From: Eledone cirrhosa
Taxonomy: Eukaryota
Assembly (NCBI GenBank): GCA_964016885.1
Contig: OZ024744.1
Location: forward strand, 86,800,001 to 86,864,000
Direction: 5' to 3'
Length of the DNA stretch: 64,000 nucleotides
In this document: positions 14,616 through 28,812 of the stretch, piece after piece
Layout of the letters: every line of letters starts with the position of its first letter
Position numbering within the stretch: position 1 is the first letter of the stretch
Made by a program: the position numbers and the translations under genes
Notes under the pieces: generated by a model
What the model was told of the DNA's origin: nothing
Databases searched by the model: none
What the model saw: the letters and a program-made list of their open reading frames with translations, nothing else

Positions 14616-15178
14616 GGGTATCAAAAAATAAATATGGTATTTATAGGTCTCTACAAGTGGTAGGAGAGGGTGGGGAGTGGGATGGGTGTAGGTCATTGGT
14701 TGATAGAAAAGGGAATTCATTAAAAGCTAATTCTACAAAGCTATAGTTTATTTTTATTAATTTTTGTTTTTAGAGTAACAAAGGCAGACAGAATTCTATA
14801 AACAGGTTCCGGATGGCATACCATTCCTTGACATTAAGTTTCTCTTGAGCTAACAGATGTCTATAAGATCAGTGGGGGGTCAGTCATGGTAGATAGAATT
14901 AAAGGAAAGGGAGATTCTTTAAAAGCTAAATTCATTAAGGTTCTACTAAGTGACAAAGGTTTAGAGAATTCTGTAGACAGATTCAAAATACTGAGTGCAT
15001 ATCTTACAATTATCTTCGAACTTCTCTTAAACTAATCAACTATGTGCCAAAAATCAACAGACACATTCACAAAAAAACACACTCACTCACACACTCGCGC
15101 GCAACCATAAACACACATACACATATACACACATAAAAACACACACACATATATAAATATATCTATATACAGACATAT

Positions 15179-15225
<47 letters not shown>

Positions 15226-15227
15226 TA

Positions 15228-15260
<33 letters not shown>

Positions 15261-15362
15261 TCATTTATACACATATAAATACACTCACACACATACATAC
15301 ATACACACAAATATACATGTGCATACATATACATATATATACACATAGATATACATATACAT

Positions 15363-15411
<49 letters not shown>

Positions 15412-15430
15412 TACACCATTCATACATATA

Positions 15431-15479
<49 letters not shown>

Positions 15480-15543
15480 ACACACATACATACATACATA
15501 CACAAATACATACACATATATATACACACATATACACATATAC

Positions 15544-16021
<478 letters not shown>

Positions 16022-16104
16022 AATATACTCCAAATATTTGTTGAGTGCTTTTATATCAGTTATAAATATTTACTAGTTGTAACCCAACAATTTTAAATAT
16101 AACT

Positions 16105-16205
<101 letters not shown>

Positions 16206-16843
16206 CATATATACAAATATACATATACACATATATATACACATACACACACAATATATATATATACACATATATACATACAAATCAAATCAGACAACAC
16301 TCGCCTCCTACGTTTGGGACCTCAAAAGGAACTCCACCCCCTTCACGCTTAAATGGAAAATACTCCAGAAGCGCGCTCTTACAACGGAGGACACAAGGGC
16401 TGCGACCTTTGTATTTCAGAGAGCTACGAAATTTTATTCGCCAAGGGCCCGCTACTGAACAAACTCTCTGAACACTGCCCGAACTGCACGCACAAGAACT
16501 TTGCAACTTTCAAACACTTTAAGCCAGTGTTAAAGCCCGATGGCTAAAAACGACCTCCCCCTATTGGCCTCTATACCTCCTTCCCACCCTACCCCACCCC
16601 TCCTCAACCTGAAATACGGCCACTATGGTTATGTGAGTACCTCTTTCCTATCTACATTTTCTGCCTGTAGAGGTGTTTTTATGTGCCTGCGTATATGCGT
16701 ATATTTATTGAGTACTTATTTATTTGTATGTGTATATATTTGTGTGTATGTGTGTATATGTATGTGTATGTATATATATATATGTATGTGTGTATATGTG
16801 TTTTATGTGTGTATATTTATGTATGTGTAAGTATATATGTATA

Positions 16844-16876
<33 letters not shown>

Positions 16877-16955
16877 GTGTATATATATATATGTGTGTAT
16901 ATATGTGTATGTATGTGTATGTGTATGTATGTATATATGTATATGTTTGTATATG

Positions 16956-16992
<37 letters not shown>

Positions 16993-17083
16993 ATATATGT
17001 GTGTATGTGTGTATGTGTGTGTGTGTGTATATATATATATATGTGTATGTGTGCAGGTGTCTATATATATGTGTGTGTATATA

Positions 17084-17172
<89 letters not shown>

Positions 17173-17327
17173 ATATGTGCGTGAGAGAGAGCGTGTGTGT
17201 ATATATATTTGTGTGTGTGTGTGTATGTGTGTATGCGTGTATATATATGTATATATGTGTGTATATATGCGTATGTATGTTTGTATATATGTGTATATTT
17301 ATGTATCTGTCTGTGTATGTATGTGTA

Positions 17328-17372
<45 letters not shown>

Positions 17373-17672
17373 GCATGTGTATGTGTGTGTGTGTGTGTGT
17401 ATATGTGTATATGTGTGTGTGTGTATATATGTGTGTGTATATGTATGTATATGTATGTATGTGTGTGTATGTATATATATATATATATATATGTGTGTGT
17501 ATATATGTATGTATATATATGTATATGTATGTTTGTATATATATTTGTATATGTATGTATGTATGTATCTGTGTATGTATGTGTGTGTGTGTATATGTAT
17601 GTATATATGTGTATATATATTGTGTGTGTGTGTATGTGTATATATATGTGTATATGTATATTTGTATATATG

Positions 17673-17785
<113 letters not shown>

Positions 17786-17840
17786 GTGTATATGTGTGTA
17801 TATATATGTGTATGTATTTATGTATGTATGTATGTGTGTG

Positions 17841-17886
<46 letters not shown>

Positions 17887-17905
17887 TATATGTATGAATG
17901 GTGTA

Positions 17906-18008
<103 letters not shown>

Positions 18009-18137
18009 ATGTATATATATATGTGTATATATATGTATATGTATGCACATGTATATTTGTGTGCATTTATGTATGTGTGTGAGTGTATTTATATGTGTAT
18101 AAATGAGTGTGTGTGTGTGTATATATATATATATGTA

Positions 18138-18168
<31 letters not shown>

Positions 18169-18741
18169 GTGTGTGTGGATATGTGTGTATATAGATATAT
18201 TTATATATGTGTGTGTGTTTTTATGTGTGTATATGTGTATGTGTGTTTATGGTTGCGCGCGAGTGTGTGAGTGAGTGTGTTTTTTTGTGAATGTGTCTGT
18301 TGATTTTTGGCATATAGTTGATTAGTTTAAGAGAAGTTCGAAGATAATTGTAAGATATGCACTCAGTATTTTGAATCTGTCTACAGAATTCTCTAAACCT
18401 TTGTCACTTAGTAGAACCTTAATGAATTTAGCTTTTAAAGAATCTCCCTTTCCTTTAATTCTATCTACCATGACTGACCCCCCACTGATCTTATAGACAT
18501 CTGTTAGCTTAAGAGAAACTTAATGACAAGGAATGGTATGCCATCCGGAACCTGTTTATAGAATTCTGTCTGCCTTTGTTACTCTAAAAACAAAAATTAA
18601 TAAAAATAAACTATAGCTTTGTAGAATTAGCTTTTAATGAATTCCCTTTTCTATCAACCAATGACCTACACCCATCCCGCTCCCCACCCTCTCCTACCAC
18701 TTGTAGAGACCTATAAATACCATATTTATTTTTTGATACTC

Positions 18742-18792
18742 AGATCCCTGATGATTTCTAAAGAATGAAACAGTTCTAGTCCTGTAGAATCT
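18742..18792 (+). ncRNA. Type-I hammerhead ribozyme
   Basis: agatcc CTGATGA t ttct aa agaa t GAAACAG ttctagtc CTGTA gaatct. Helix III ACAG/CTGT, GUA triplet, one mismatch in helix I. Confidence 0.65.
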
Positions 18793-18875
18793 CATCTATA
18801 TTAAAACTTTTATACTCTGCAATGTATTGAGTACCTTACTTACTGTGGTTACCTCCGATTCAACCCGGAATAACC

Positions 18876-18915
<40 letters not shown>

Positions 18916-18965
18916 AAGTAATTAAGTCAAATATTTAAGATTTGGCTTCGTTTATTAAAGATGTA

Positions 18966-19018
18966 CTGCTATATATATTTCGGTGACAGCTATCATTGGC
19001 TGTGACCTCTTCAGGTAG
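18966..19018 (-). ncRNA. Type-I minimal hammerhead ribozyme in a PLE-like terminus
   Basis: ctac CTGAAGA ggt c acagc..gctgt c acc GAAA T ATAT A TA gcag. One mismatch in helix I. Adjacent 19019-19135 has an inverted copy at ~12370-12485. Confidence 0.7.
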
Positions 19019-19475
19019 TTCGAATTGGTGTGGTAGAGACAGGTACACATGTTGTTAAAGTGTCTTACTCCGTCAATACTCCGATATGTCCAGCTCCTTG
19101 TTGAGTTGTTATTTCTCTGAGGAACTGGAATCATATCTCTCACTACTGCGGAGTAACCAAACCAACCTGCGTACTTCGTCGAGTGCTTCAATCTCTGCAT
19201 ACTGAGGTGTCGGTAAATAACCAACATATATTAAAATATATATATATATATATATATATATTATCTTAATTTCTATTTTGTTTAGATCTATAATTTTGCA
19301 ACTCTGTCTCTGCTTCATATTGTGTTTGTCTGGTTGGGAGTAGAATTCTGTTTACTCACATGGGTCAGTTTGATTTGTTTCCTCTATGAGACGTCAAGGG
19401 TAATTATAGGCCTGAAACTACAACATATAGTAACGGCAGTTATTTCACAGTGATATGTGATCATAGACAAACTTT

Positions 19476-19534
19476 TCACGTTAAGTAATCGACCACCGGC
19501 TGAAGACGTACTGCAGCGTCCAGTTCTTTAATGA
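19476..19534 (-). CDS. Putative terminal coding exon of an unidentified host gene: (V)IKELDAAVRLQPVVDYLT*
   Basis: Acceptor ..atatctgcAG, 59 nt to TGA. Phase 1 matches the donor of exon 21551-21600. Confidence 0.65.
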
Positions 19535-20430
19535 CTGCAGATATTACAACAACGTTGTGAATAACTGTTGCAGTCGTTACTGTCAGGGGAAGAATGTAGC
19601 ACAGAAACTATTGATAGTTGGATTTATATGATATACAACTGTAATTTACTATGCTTTGCCATTTCCTTTGCCTTATAATAACGTGTACTGTGCATCTGAG
19701 TTATAGGTTTGTATTTTCTTACGTACAAATCTTATAACCTCATTGGCTGAGCAAGGAGCGGTCGAGACTAATGTATTCATTTCGGCTAGCTTCGTAAACC
19801 AAAATATATTTACATATAAATATATAAAACAGGCATAAATAAATCGAAATAACGACTCGATTTAATATCAACGGATATTAGAAGCCAAAATTTCGTATTC
19901 CAAATCATAGTCATATGATAATATTACCGGAACAACAATAATTATAATTTGTAATATATATAACAAGGTAGAAATAATCAGAACCAAATATGTTACTTAC
20001 ATTACTAATTATACATATACAGATATTTCAAACCATAAGGAAAAAATATACTAATTCCCTTAGCTTAAATAACAAGATACTTAGAAAATGAATGACTTGG
20101 TTTTCATCAGTATGTATGTCTTTGGATAACTTATACAAAGTATAAGCTATACATTGTGAGTTCAGTTAAAATCTGCCCCTATTTGCTCCTATTAAGCATA
20201 TACATCATGTTGGGATGGACGAGACAACATATATTTCTAGCATCAAATGGACAGAAAGAAGATTCATAGGGGAGCTAGACATTATTCACCAACTTCAATT
20301 ACAGCAGTTCTACCATCTAATGTAGAAGTATATGAAACAAACACAAGTTAATCGAAATAAAAATATCTCGATTTCGCTGTTCTATAAAAGCTAAATGGAA
20401 ATTAGATGCTAGCTAAAGTATCGAATTCCA

Positions 20431-20805
<375 letters not shown>

Positions 20806-20819
20806 TATATATATATATA

Positions 20820-21061
20820 ATATTTATTATTATTACTATATATATATATATATATATATATATTTACAATATATTAGCAAATGGAAACTATATTTATAAA
20901 ACCATATTTATTTCATTATACATATTTCAAGGACACCAAAGCAAATTATGGTGCGCTTTCATCAGATGATATATAATATAGACCAGTTTATGCTTCGGTG
21001 TCCTTGAAATGTGTAATGAAATAAATATGGTTTTATAAATATAGTTTCCATTTGTTAATAT

Positions 21062-21104
<43 letters not shown>

Positions 21105-21118
21105 ATAATAATAAATGT
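20820..21118. repeat. Imperfect inverted repeat of PLE pLTR family A with HHR at 20909-20973 (-)
   Basis: Arms ~20820-20945 and ~20990-21118. tcat CTGATGA aag c gcacca..tggtgt c ctt GAAA T ATGT A TA atga. Confidence 0.8.
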
Positions 21119-21197
21119 GAAGACTAAAATCCGAAGAGGGCTCGATAACGATAATATATATATAAAATATATAAAAAAAACATATTGATTTTTATTA

Positions 21198-21246
21198 GTT
21201 TCAGAAGATCCCATTCAGGGTGAAAGCAGCGATTCTTTGCTTAAAC
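21198..21246 (+). ncRNA. Hammerhead-like motif, CAGAAGA (U4A) variant
   Basis: gttt CAGAAGA t ccc attca ggg t GAAAGCA gcgattctt TGCTT aaac. All three helices pair. Confidence 0.55.
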
Positions 21247-21550
21247 GTAATTACCAATATTGATGTCCTCAAAAGGCGTACCAGGGCAAGGTTAAGATAA
21301 ATGATAATTGCTTTTCCAAGACTATAATATATTGCGAATTCTCCACCATCCAGCATAAAGGATACCGAAGAAAAGATGCAAGGTCTTCCTGAAGAAATCC
21401 TTTGATCATCGCTGGTGGGCTTGCTATAGTCTCTAATCGTAGGGCCTCGTCACACTCTTTCAGCAATGCATATAGGGCTGGGCTGTACTTGATGACAGAA
21501 AATAGAGGAAAAACCGTGATACTCTACCATCGACGCAGGAAAGGATTTAC

Positions 21551-21600
21551 CTTGCTGTCGTTGTGTCTCTGGAAGTTTGTCCAGCATTAAACTCACCAGC
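21551..21600 (-). CDS. Putative internal coding exon: LVSLMLDKLPETQRQQ
   Basis: Strong acceptor tttcaatttatttccAG, donor AG|GTAAAT, 50 nt. Joins in frame to 19476-19534. Confidence 0.65.
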
Positions 21601-22604
21601 CTGGAAATAAATTGAAAACGTATTCCATTTTATGATTTATTATCATTTTAAAATTGGTTGTTTTAAAGTACAGTATGTTGTTGATTTAAAAAAAAAAAAA
21701 ACGTGCACATATTTCAATACTTTTTTTTCAGGAATATATTTTTAGATGAATTTTATACCAACTAATTTTTTCTCCACATATTTGTTTCCCCAAGTATGTT
21801 TTCCTACTAAAATTTCTTTCTATGAGATGCTTTTAGTCAATAAGGCTTCGACCACTATGTATTTTGATTGATTTATTCAATGAATGTAGAATGTATCTAA
21901 CCTGGAATTATGGAAGTAACTGTATGTTTTATTATTATTCTTGAAAATACAAGTTTATCATTTGAGAAAAATATAGCTGCTAATTTATAGAATTTGGATG
22001 ATGACAAAAACGCTTGTTTCAGCGGCTAGCGAGGTGTTGTATGTTTATATTTTAATACACAACATTGTAAAAGAAATCTGACCTTAGAAAATTCTCATAT
22101 GATATTCTATCGGACGTCACACAATGTTTTACTCGGTAAGAAAAGTAACTGCCAATGACTGATAATATTAACATAGAATAAAAAATAGTGGATTTCCCAA
22201 ATTATACATAAACATATAGTGTAATCACCAGTGGTGAAATCGTAGAAGCAGATATACACTGTAGAATTAATTGCAAAGGAGTCTGCAAAAGGTACATTTA
22301 TATATAAGATATGCCTACCAAAATATACTCCAACAGCATTCTAATAAATATTGCCTGAACAAGTAAATAAAGTGTGTATACATTTTTGGGGACACCCTGT
22401 ATATATGTGTATAGGTATATTTTCGTATCTGCACACTACTATGTACAGGATGGGCCAGAATTCATGACTCACTTGATTATTTATAGATTGTTTATAGATA
22501 CAAAAAACATGTGAGGCATATTAAGAAATAAAATAATAAACTAAAACAATACAATAACAATAAAATAAGCATGTCTTAACTACTTTTCTAACCAAGTCTT
22601 TTCT

Positions 22605-22780
22605 TTATCGGTAGAAGGTCTGACGCCAAGCTTTGCAGCAAAGAGTTATGGCCCTTTAGGGTCTGAGTTCAAATCCGGCCGAGGTTAACTTTGCCTTTCA
22701 TCCTTATGGAGTCGATAAAATAAAGTACCAGTAATACACTGGAATAATTGCTGGCCTTGTGCCAAAAGTAGAAACAATTA
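22605..22780 (+). mobile_element. tRNA-derived SINE, 5'-truncated
   Basis: Matches the consensus from ATCGGTAGA onward. Confidence 0.85.
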
Positions 22781-23024
22781 TATTTATTTTTATTTGTTGC
22801 TGTTGTCCTCTGAATTATCTGTTTGTTTTTCTCCCCATCTCTCAGTCATATTGTTCATTTCTTTATACATAATATTTGTGTAGGAGGCCATAATAAATAT
22901 CACCAATCCCATTTTGACGACCCCATTCCCCCCACTCACTGATCTATCCATCGACCATCATACCCTCCCCGCACCCCACCACTAACACGACTCTAGTGAT
23001 GAATATTTCCACCTGCATGAGCAT

Positions 23025-23462
23025 AACCACCACCACTACCACCATAACCACCACCACCATCACCATCACCATCACCATCACCATCACCACCACCACCACT
23101 ATCACCACCACCACCAACACCATCACCACCACCATCACCACCACCATCACCACCACCACCACCTCCATCACCACCACCACCACCACTATCACCACCACCA
23201 ACACCATCACCACCACCATCACCATCACCACCACCACCACCACCACCACTATCACCACCACCAACACCATCACCACAATTAGCACCACCACCATCATCAC
23301 CATCACTACCACCACCACCACTATCACCACCACCAACACCATCACCACCACCAACATCTTCACCTCTCCCCCTCCTAATCCTCCTCCTCCTCCTCACCCT
23401 TCCCCTATTATTACCCCTCCTCATCATCTTGCTGCTACTCCACCCACTTCCTCGACCGCATT

Positions 23463-23528
<66 letters not shown>
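23025..23528. repeat. Compound (CAC)n/(CAT)n low-complexity tract
   Basis: Read directly from the sequence. Confidence 0.9.
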
Positions 23529-24222
23529 GCCCACATTAGCTTTCTTCTCCTCATCGTCTGCAATGTCATCTTCCTTTCTCTCACTACATCCTTCTCATTC
23601 TCATCATGGTCATCGTCCTCGTCATCACTTTAGTCTTCAACAAATCTCCATTGTCATCGTGTTCGTCGTCATCATAATGTTTTAATGTCAACATATAACG
23701 TCACCATCATCTTTAATCATCGCTGTGGACGTCAGAAGAAAACTCCTTTCTTTAACCTTAACAGCCCCTGTTTATTTACTTTGCATTTATCCTTTATTTC
23801 GTGGCATTAAACCTTGTCGTACTCTTTGCGACCTGGTCATTGACAAAGTTCCACAGATACAATAGTTTATAACTTTGCCTATTAATCCGTATGGTGAGCA
23901 AATGGGGTCCCACGTGCTGGCCTCCCCACACCACAGCTCCGGCGGACAGGATGGAGAGGGAGTTTTCCCCCAAAGGATGATAAAGGATATGTGTTGGAAG
24001 AGCCATTGCAACTCGTGAAGAGGCTCACACCTGCGTCTGGCCAGCTCAGCGTCTATGGTGGTAAATAAGGAGGTAGCCCTAGGGCTTAGAATGGATTGTT
24101 TAAATCACGCCGAGGTCAATTGTAATTTTCATCCTTTCTGAGTCGATAAATATAAATAGAGTTCTACTCGGGGAGTTGCGGATGGCTCGATTTGCTAAAG
24201 AATCGAAAAGGAAGCTTTGCGG

Positions 24223-24384
24223 CAGGCATGTCAAACTGAGAGTCTACCGAGGGCCTAATGGGTCGCATATGTGTTGTCTGAGGGCCACACGCACATTACA
24301 ACTAATTTTACAATGCTCGCGTTGTAAAAATATGTGTGCGGGTTGCAGGTGTGCTTGTAAAGGACCGCATGTTTGACATGCTTG
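24223..24384. mobile_element. hAT-type MITE (162 bp)
   Basis: TIRs CAGGCATGTCAAAC / GTTTGACATGCTTG. 8-bp TSD CTTTGCGG / CTTTGCGA. Confidence 0.8.
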
Positions 24385-24780
24385 CTTTGCGATATCAGTT
24401 CCAGTTCAGTGTCTCGTGAGTTTAAATTTTGGCGCATGTCATCCTTGGTCCGATCTAAAGATCTGTTTTTTTTTCCTTTTCCTTCCCTTTCCTTTCCTCC
24501 AATAGCTAAAATAACTCTACAAGAGTGAGTGTAATTGTATTAGTTTCAATACAATTTCCAAAATCAAAGCACTCGTCAAATAATTACAACATTTGTATAT
24601 TAACACCATTACTTGACTAGATACTGGAAGGAAATATATTTGACACTAACGGGAGATGAAAGGACGAAAAAGGAAGGTCCGTAAGTACCACACAGAGCAA
24701 TTTGTTCGGTATTCTAAAAATGATCACATTCATTTTCGTTAGACAATTCTTACTATGAAAACAACAACAACTACTACTAT

Positions 24781-24833
<53 letters not shown>

Positions 24834-24839
24834 TTACTA

Positions 24840-24926
<87 letters not shown>

Positions 24927-24933
24927 TAATAAT

Positions 24934-25110
24934 AATTGTTTCTACTTTTGGTACAAGGCCAGCAATTTGAAGGGAAACGCAAAGTTAGATTAAATCGACC
25001 CCAGGGCATTAATGGTTCTTTATTGCATTGACCTCGGAAGAATGAATGACAAAGATAACTTCAGTAATATTTGAAACCCGAACGTGAAGACTGTTACGAA
25101 ATACTGCAAT
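24934..25110 (-). mobile_element. Older, longer variant of the tRNA-derived SINE
   Basis: Diverged reverse complement of the consensus, next to (TAC)n. Confidence 0.7.
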
Positions 25111-25124
25111 TTATTATATTATAC

Positions 25125-26437
25125 CATCACTCGCAGACTTGGTACGAGTGATGAAGAACGTGTCTCGCATGTGCGATCCAACAGAAATGGAAAGACACAT
25201 CCAACACTTCATCAACCGCATGGAGTTCTCTGGCTACAACCAAAGAGACAGAATCAGAGTTTACGAAGGAGCCACGGAGAAATATAAGACCCTCATAGAA
25301 CTGGACATGAAAGGAATTTGCCCATTATACAGTAGCAAATTATGGAATAGCTTAGATAGGACTAAACATATAGGAAAAACCACCTCATTGTACGACAACC
25401 AGAGATACCAGAGTGTCATGTTCGTGGACGCTACCCCTGGAGGGAAATTAGCTAACCAGTGTAGAAAGGCCCTGAGAAAGACCCACCTAAAGATTAAAGT
25501 GGTAGTAAAGTCAGGAATCACCATAAAATCCCTGATCAGCAAAACATACCCTTTTAAGAAAACCCACTGTACTAATAGGAAATGTATTATATGTAAAGTA
25601 AACACCCGGACAATCTGTAAAACAGAAACGTAGTCTATAGCATAAGATGTACAGAGGGTACTTGCACAAACATGACAACAACAAACATAGGCGAGACAGC
25701 TCGTAGCATAGTTGAAAGGATAGACCAACACTGGGGGGAACTAAAACGAAGAAAAAAACGGTTCAGTATTATACGAACACGCCAGACAACAACATGACGG
25801 TAACATAGACAACATAGAAATTAAAATAATATCTAAACATAGAAATGACCCAGCAGATAGGCAAATCAGAGAGGCCAGTGTAATAGAACTTAAAAGGCCA
25901 AAGCTAAACAGAAAAAATAAATGGAATAACAACAACACCCAAACAAACAATACTGACCTAAGAGAAATATAAATAAATAAATATATACACAAGCACAATA
26001 ACAACAGACATATAAACACACACTAGTAAACTAAGATAGAATACAATAACCAAAACACAGTCACCCAAACGCGAACACACATCAAACACTATACACACAC
26101 GCACACGCATGCGCAGAGAAGAAGACAACAATAAATAAATAAATAAACAGGTTAAATAAAAATGGCGTAGGCATACAATACAACAGGAGCAAACATAATA
26201 GCACCATTGACGATGTTGCAGATGTGCAACGAAAGAACTTTGTTAAACTATATGTGTTTGCGTCTATATTATATCTGTATTTTTGACCGTTGGTCAGTCA
26301 ATGGTAAACATTGAGGACCGAATAAATTAACTGATATAAAAGATACAGAAGTGAAAACCAATTCAACAGTGAGTGTGTTCTGTTATTAATTTTGGCAATA
26401 TTATTACAACAATATGACCCTCCCCAAGTATAACAAT
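25125..26437 (+). mobile_element. Penelope-like element 3' part (RT C-terminus, GIY-YIG, pLTR with HHR-like motif at 26203-26244)
   Basis: MEFSGY..SVMFVDATPGGKLA..CTNRKCIIC..C, then VYS..C..IGETARS..ER..H and ..EA..I....P.LN. Terminus ATGACCCTCCCCAAGTATAACAA. Confidence 0.88.
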
Positions 26438-26489
26438 ATTTGTTTTGACACACGATTTCATACCAAAAACCTCGCAAAACATATATACA

Positions 26490-27490
26490 TTATACATATG
26501 TATAAAAGAGAGTTGTTTGTTTGTTGGTTCGTTGGCTGGTTCCTTCGCACATCATACAAAAACGAAAAGTGATAATCGAAAAGTAAGTCAGCAATGGGAT
26601 AAGAGTATATCCAGCAATGTTTATTGATACTAATGTTATAACATCAAAGAAGAAGAAAATCATCCCGGGTATGTTCATCAAGTAGACTGCTATTTCTAGC
26701 AGATTGGGAATCAACCATATGGGATTCTCTCTGGGCATTCCTTGTTAGTGATAATCGTGTCTCGCGGCCAGCGTCTCCGATTCGAATGCTGCTTTACACG
26801 CATACATACACACACAAGCACATAACACACACACACACTTACACCCACATAAACACATTTATATATAATTATCTATGTCTATATATCTCTCTATCTCTCT
26901 CTATATATAGATATATTTCTATATAATTATCTATATCTATATCTACATATAATACAAAAAATTGGAACTTCCATCATCCTTTTGAGAAACGTGTACCAAC
27001 CACGTCTATACAATAACACACGCTTTACAGTAATGCAGAAGATGAACTATCTCCTAAGGTTCTTGGAGGCAATCAAGGAGAAAATGCATTTATTCCCAAG
27101 ATATCTCTACCTCTACCGAGCTGCCATTCAAATTCTCAAAACTTCAGTTCCTTGTTAGAGCCAGTTTTGCTCTGACCCTACATTAAGCTCAGGCTCATAG
27201 TTTCAAAGTTTTAAAATCTAATACAAGAGAATCGCTTTTTATCCATGGAAGTTATATGTAGGTTGTTCACGGATGAGAACACATAGAAATCTACATATAT
27301 TATGTACGAACGGTACAATGAAGAATCTGGTGTATCTGGAAATTGTTTTTACTGTATTTTTTTGTAACACACACAGCGCTGTCTCGCCTCCTACTGTAAA
27401 ACAGACAAACACCCAATACAATTCTATTCTCCTCTATCTTCTACTTGTCTTCTTTTATCGGTTTACCCGGCCCAAAGTGGGTCGGTCAGA
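26490..27490 (+). mobile_element. Decayed Helitron with Pif1-helicase C-terminal remnant (~26960-27345)
   Basis: IILLRN..PRL.N.TR, FIPKI, ELPFKF.KLQF.VR.SFALT, LYVGCSR, KNLVY.EI. 3' hairpin CCGGCCCA..GGGTCGG at ~27467-27485. Confidence 0.8.
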
Positions 27491-27491
27491 C

Positions 27492-27597
27492 GCCGCCAGG
27501 GTTAACTTTGTCTTTCATCCCTACGGGGTTCGTTAAAATAAAGTACCAGTAATGAACTGGTATAATTGCTGACCTTGTACCAAAAGTAGAAACAATT
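27492..27597 (+). mobile_element. SINE 3' half
   Basis: Matches the consensus from GCC.AGGGTTAAC to the tail. Confidence 0.8.
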
Positions 27598-27622
27598 GTA
27601 TATATATATATATATATATACA

Positions 27623-27713
<91 letters not shown>

Positions 27714-27776
27714 TGTAAGATTTAGTTGTTCAAATTTGAAATGAATTCGTCCTAACGCAAATGGGTCGAATAATAA

Positions 27777-28340
27777 ATGTTTCTACCTTTGGCACAAGGC
27801 CAGGAATTTCCCAGTACATTACTGGTACTTTATTTTATGAAGGGAAAGTTAACCTCGACGGGATTTGAATCCAGACCGTAAAGGGACGTAAATATGCTAG
27901 AAAGCATAGCGTCCAACCCTCTACAGATACTGCCAATTCACCGCCCTTGTCGAATAATAGTTGTTTCTACTTTTGGCACAAGGCCAGCAATTACCCCAGT
28001 GCATTACTGGTACTTCATTTTATCAACCCCGTAGGGATAAAAGGCAAAGTTAAGCTCGGCGGGATTTGAACTCAGAATGTCAAGGGCCGTAACTCTATAC
28101 GTCAAAGCATGGCGTCCGACCCTCTACCGATAATGCCAATCCACCACCGTGTCGAATAATAATTGTTTCTACTTTTGGCACAAGGTCAACAATTACCCCA
28201 GTACATTACTGTTACTTTATTTTATCGACCCCGTAAGGATGAAAGGCAAAGTTAACCTCGGCAGGATTTGAAATCAGATCAGAAAGGGGCGTAACTCTGT
28301 GATACAAAGCATGTTGTCCGACCCTCTAGCGATACTGCCT
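27777..28340 (-). mobile_element. Three tandem SINE copies
   Basis: Copies at ~27777-27947, 27961-28149 and 28161-28340, each preceded by GTCGAATAAT. Confidence 0.92.
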
Positions 28341-28479
28341 AATGGATTGTAATCAGAATTACTTGCAAGTCGCGACAAAAGTAACCATGGAAACAGAAAG
28401 AAATAGTGGTCAGTGACGTACGCAAGAATGGATTTGAACCATGCATCTCTCGAATGTTAGACTACTGCAGCAACCACAT

Positions 28480-28604
<125 letters not shown>

Positions 28605-28681
28605 ACGAAGGAGTTGTGGTAAGGAACCAGATGGACCATAACGCACCAGAGTACTCAATACTTAGGGTAGTAGAGTGCGTA

Positions 28682-28741
28682 ATAGGAGTAAGTATGACCC
28701 CGACGGCAGAGCTCTGCCGTCGGGGTCATACTTTCTCCTAT
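28682..28741. repeat. 60-bp palindrome centred on a hammerhead helix III loop
   Basis: ..GACCCCGACGGCAGAG|CTCTGCCGTCGGGGTC.., one mismatch. Homologous to the half-HHR at 34651-34685. Confidence 0.85.
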
Positions 28742-28812
28742 ATATATATATTTATTTCGTTTCTGAATTTGTTTAGCAAGATTCTTTATCTGAAAACGTG
28801 TGTTGAAACCGA

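Noticed and set aside
20160-20340. Possible Tc1 transposase remnant
   Set aside because: Only a faint resemblance to the SPDLxPIE region; cannot be supported by eye.
21269-21466. 65-aa minus-strand ORF beside the putative exon
   Set aside because: Different frame, lies after the donor site, and no motif recognised with confidence.
22944-23685. Poly-Thr, poly-Val and poly-Gly ORFs resembling mucin or glycine-rich proteins
   Set aside because: Trinucleotide (CAC/CAT)n tract open in several frames, with no splice or domain evidence.
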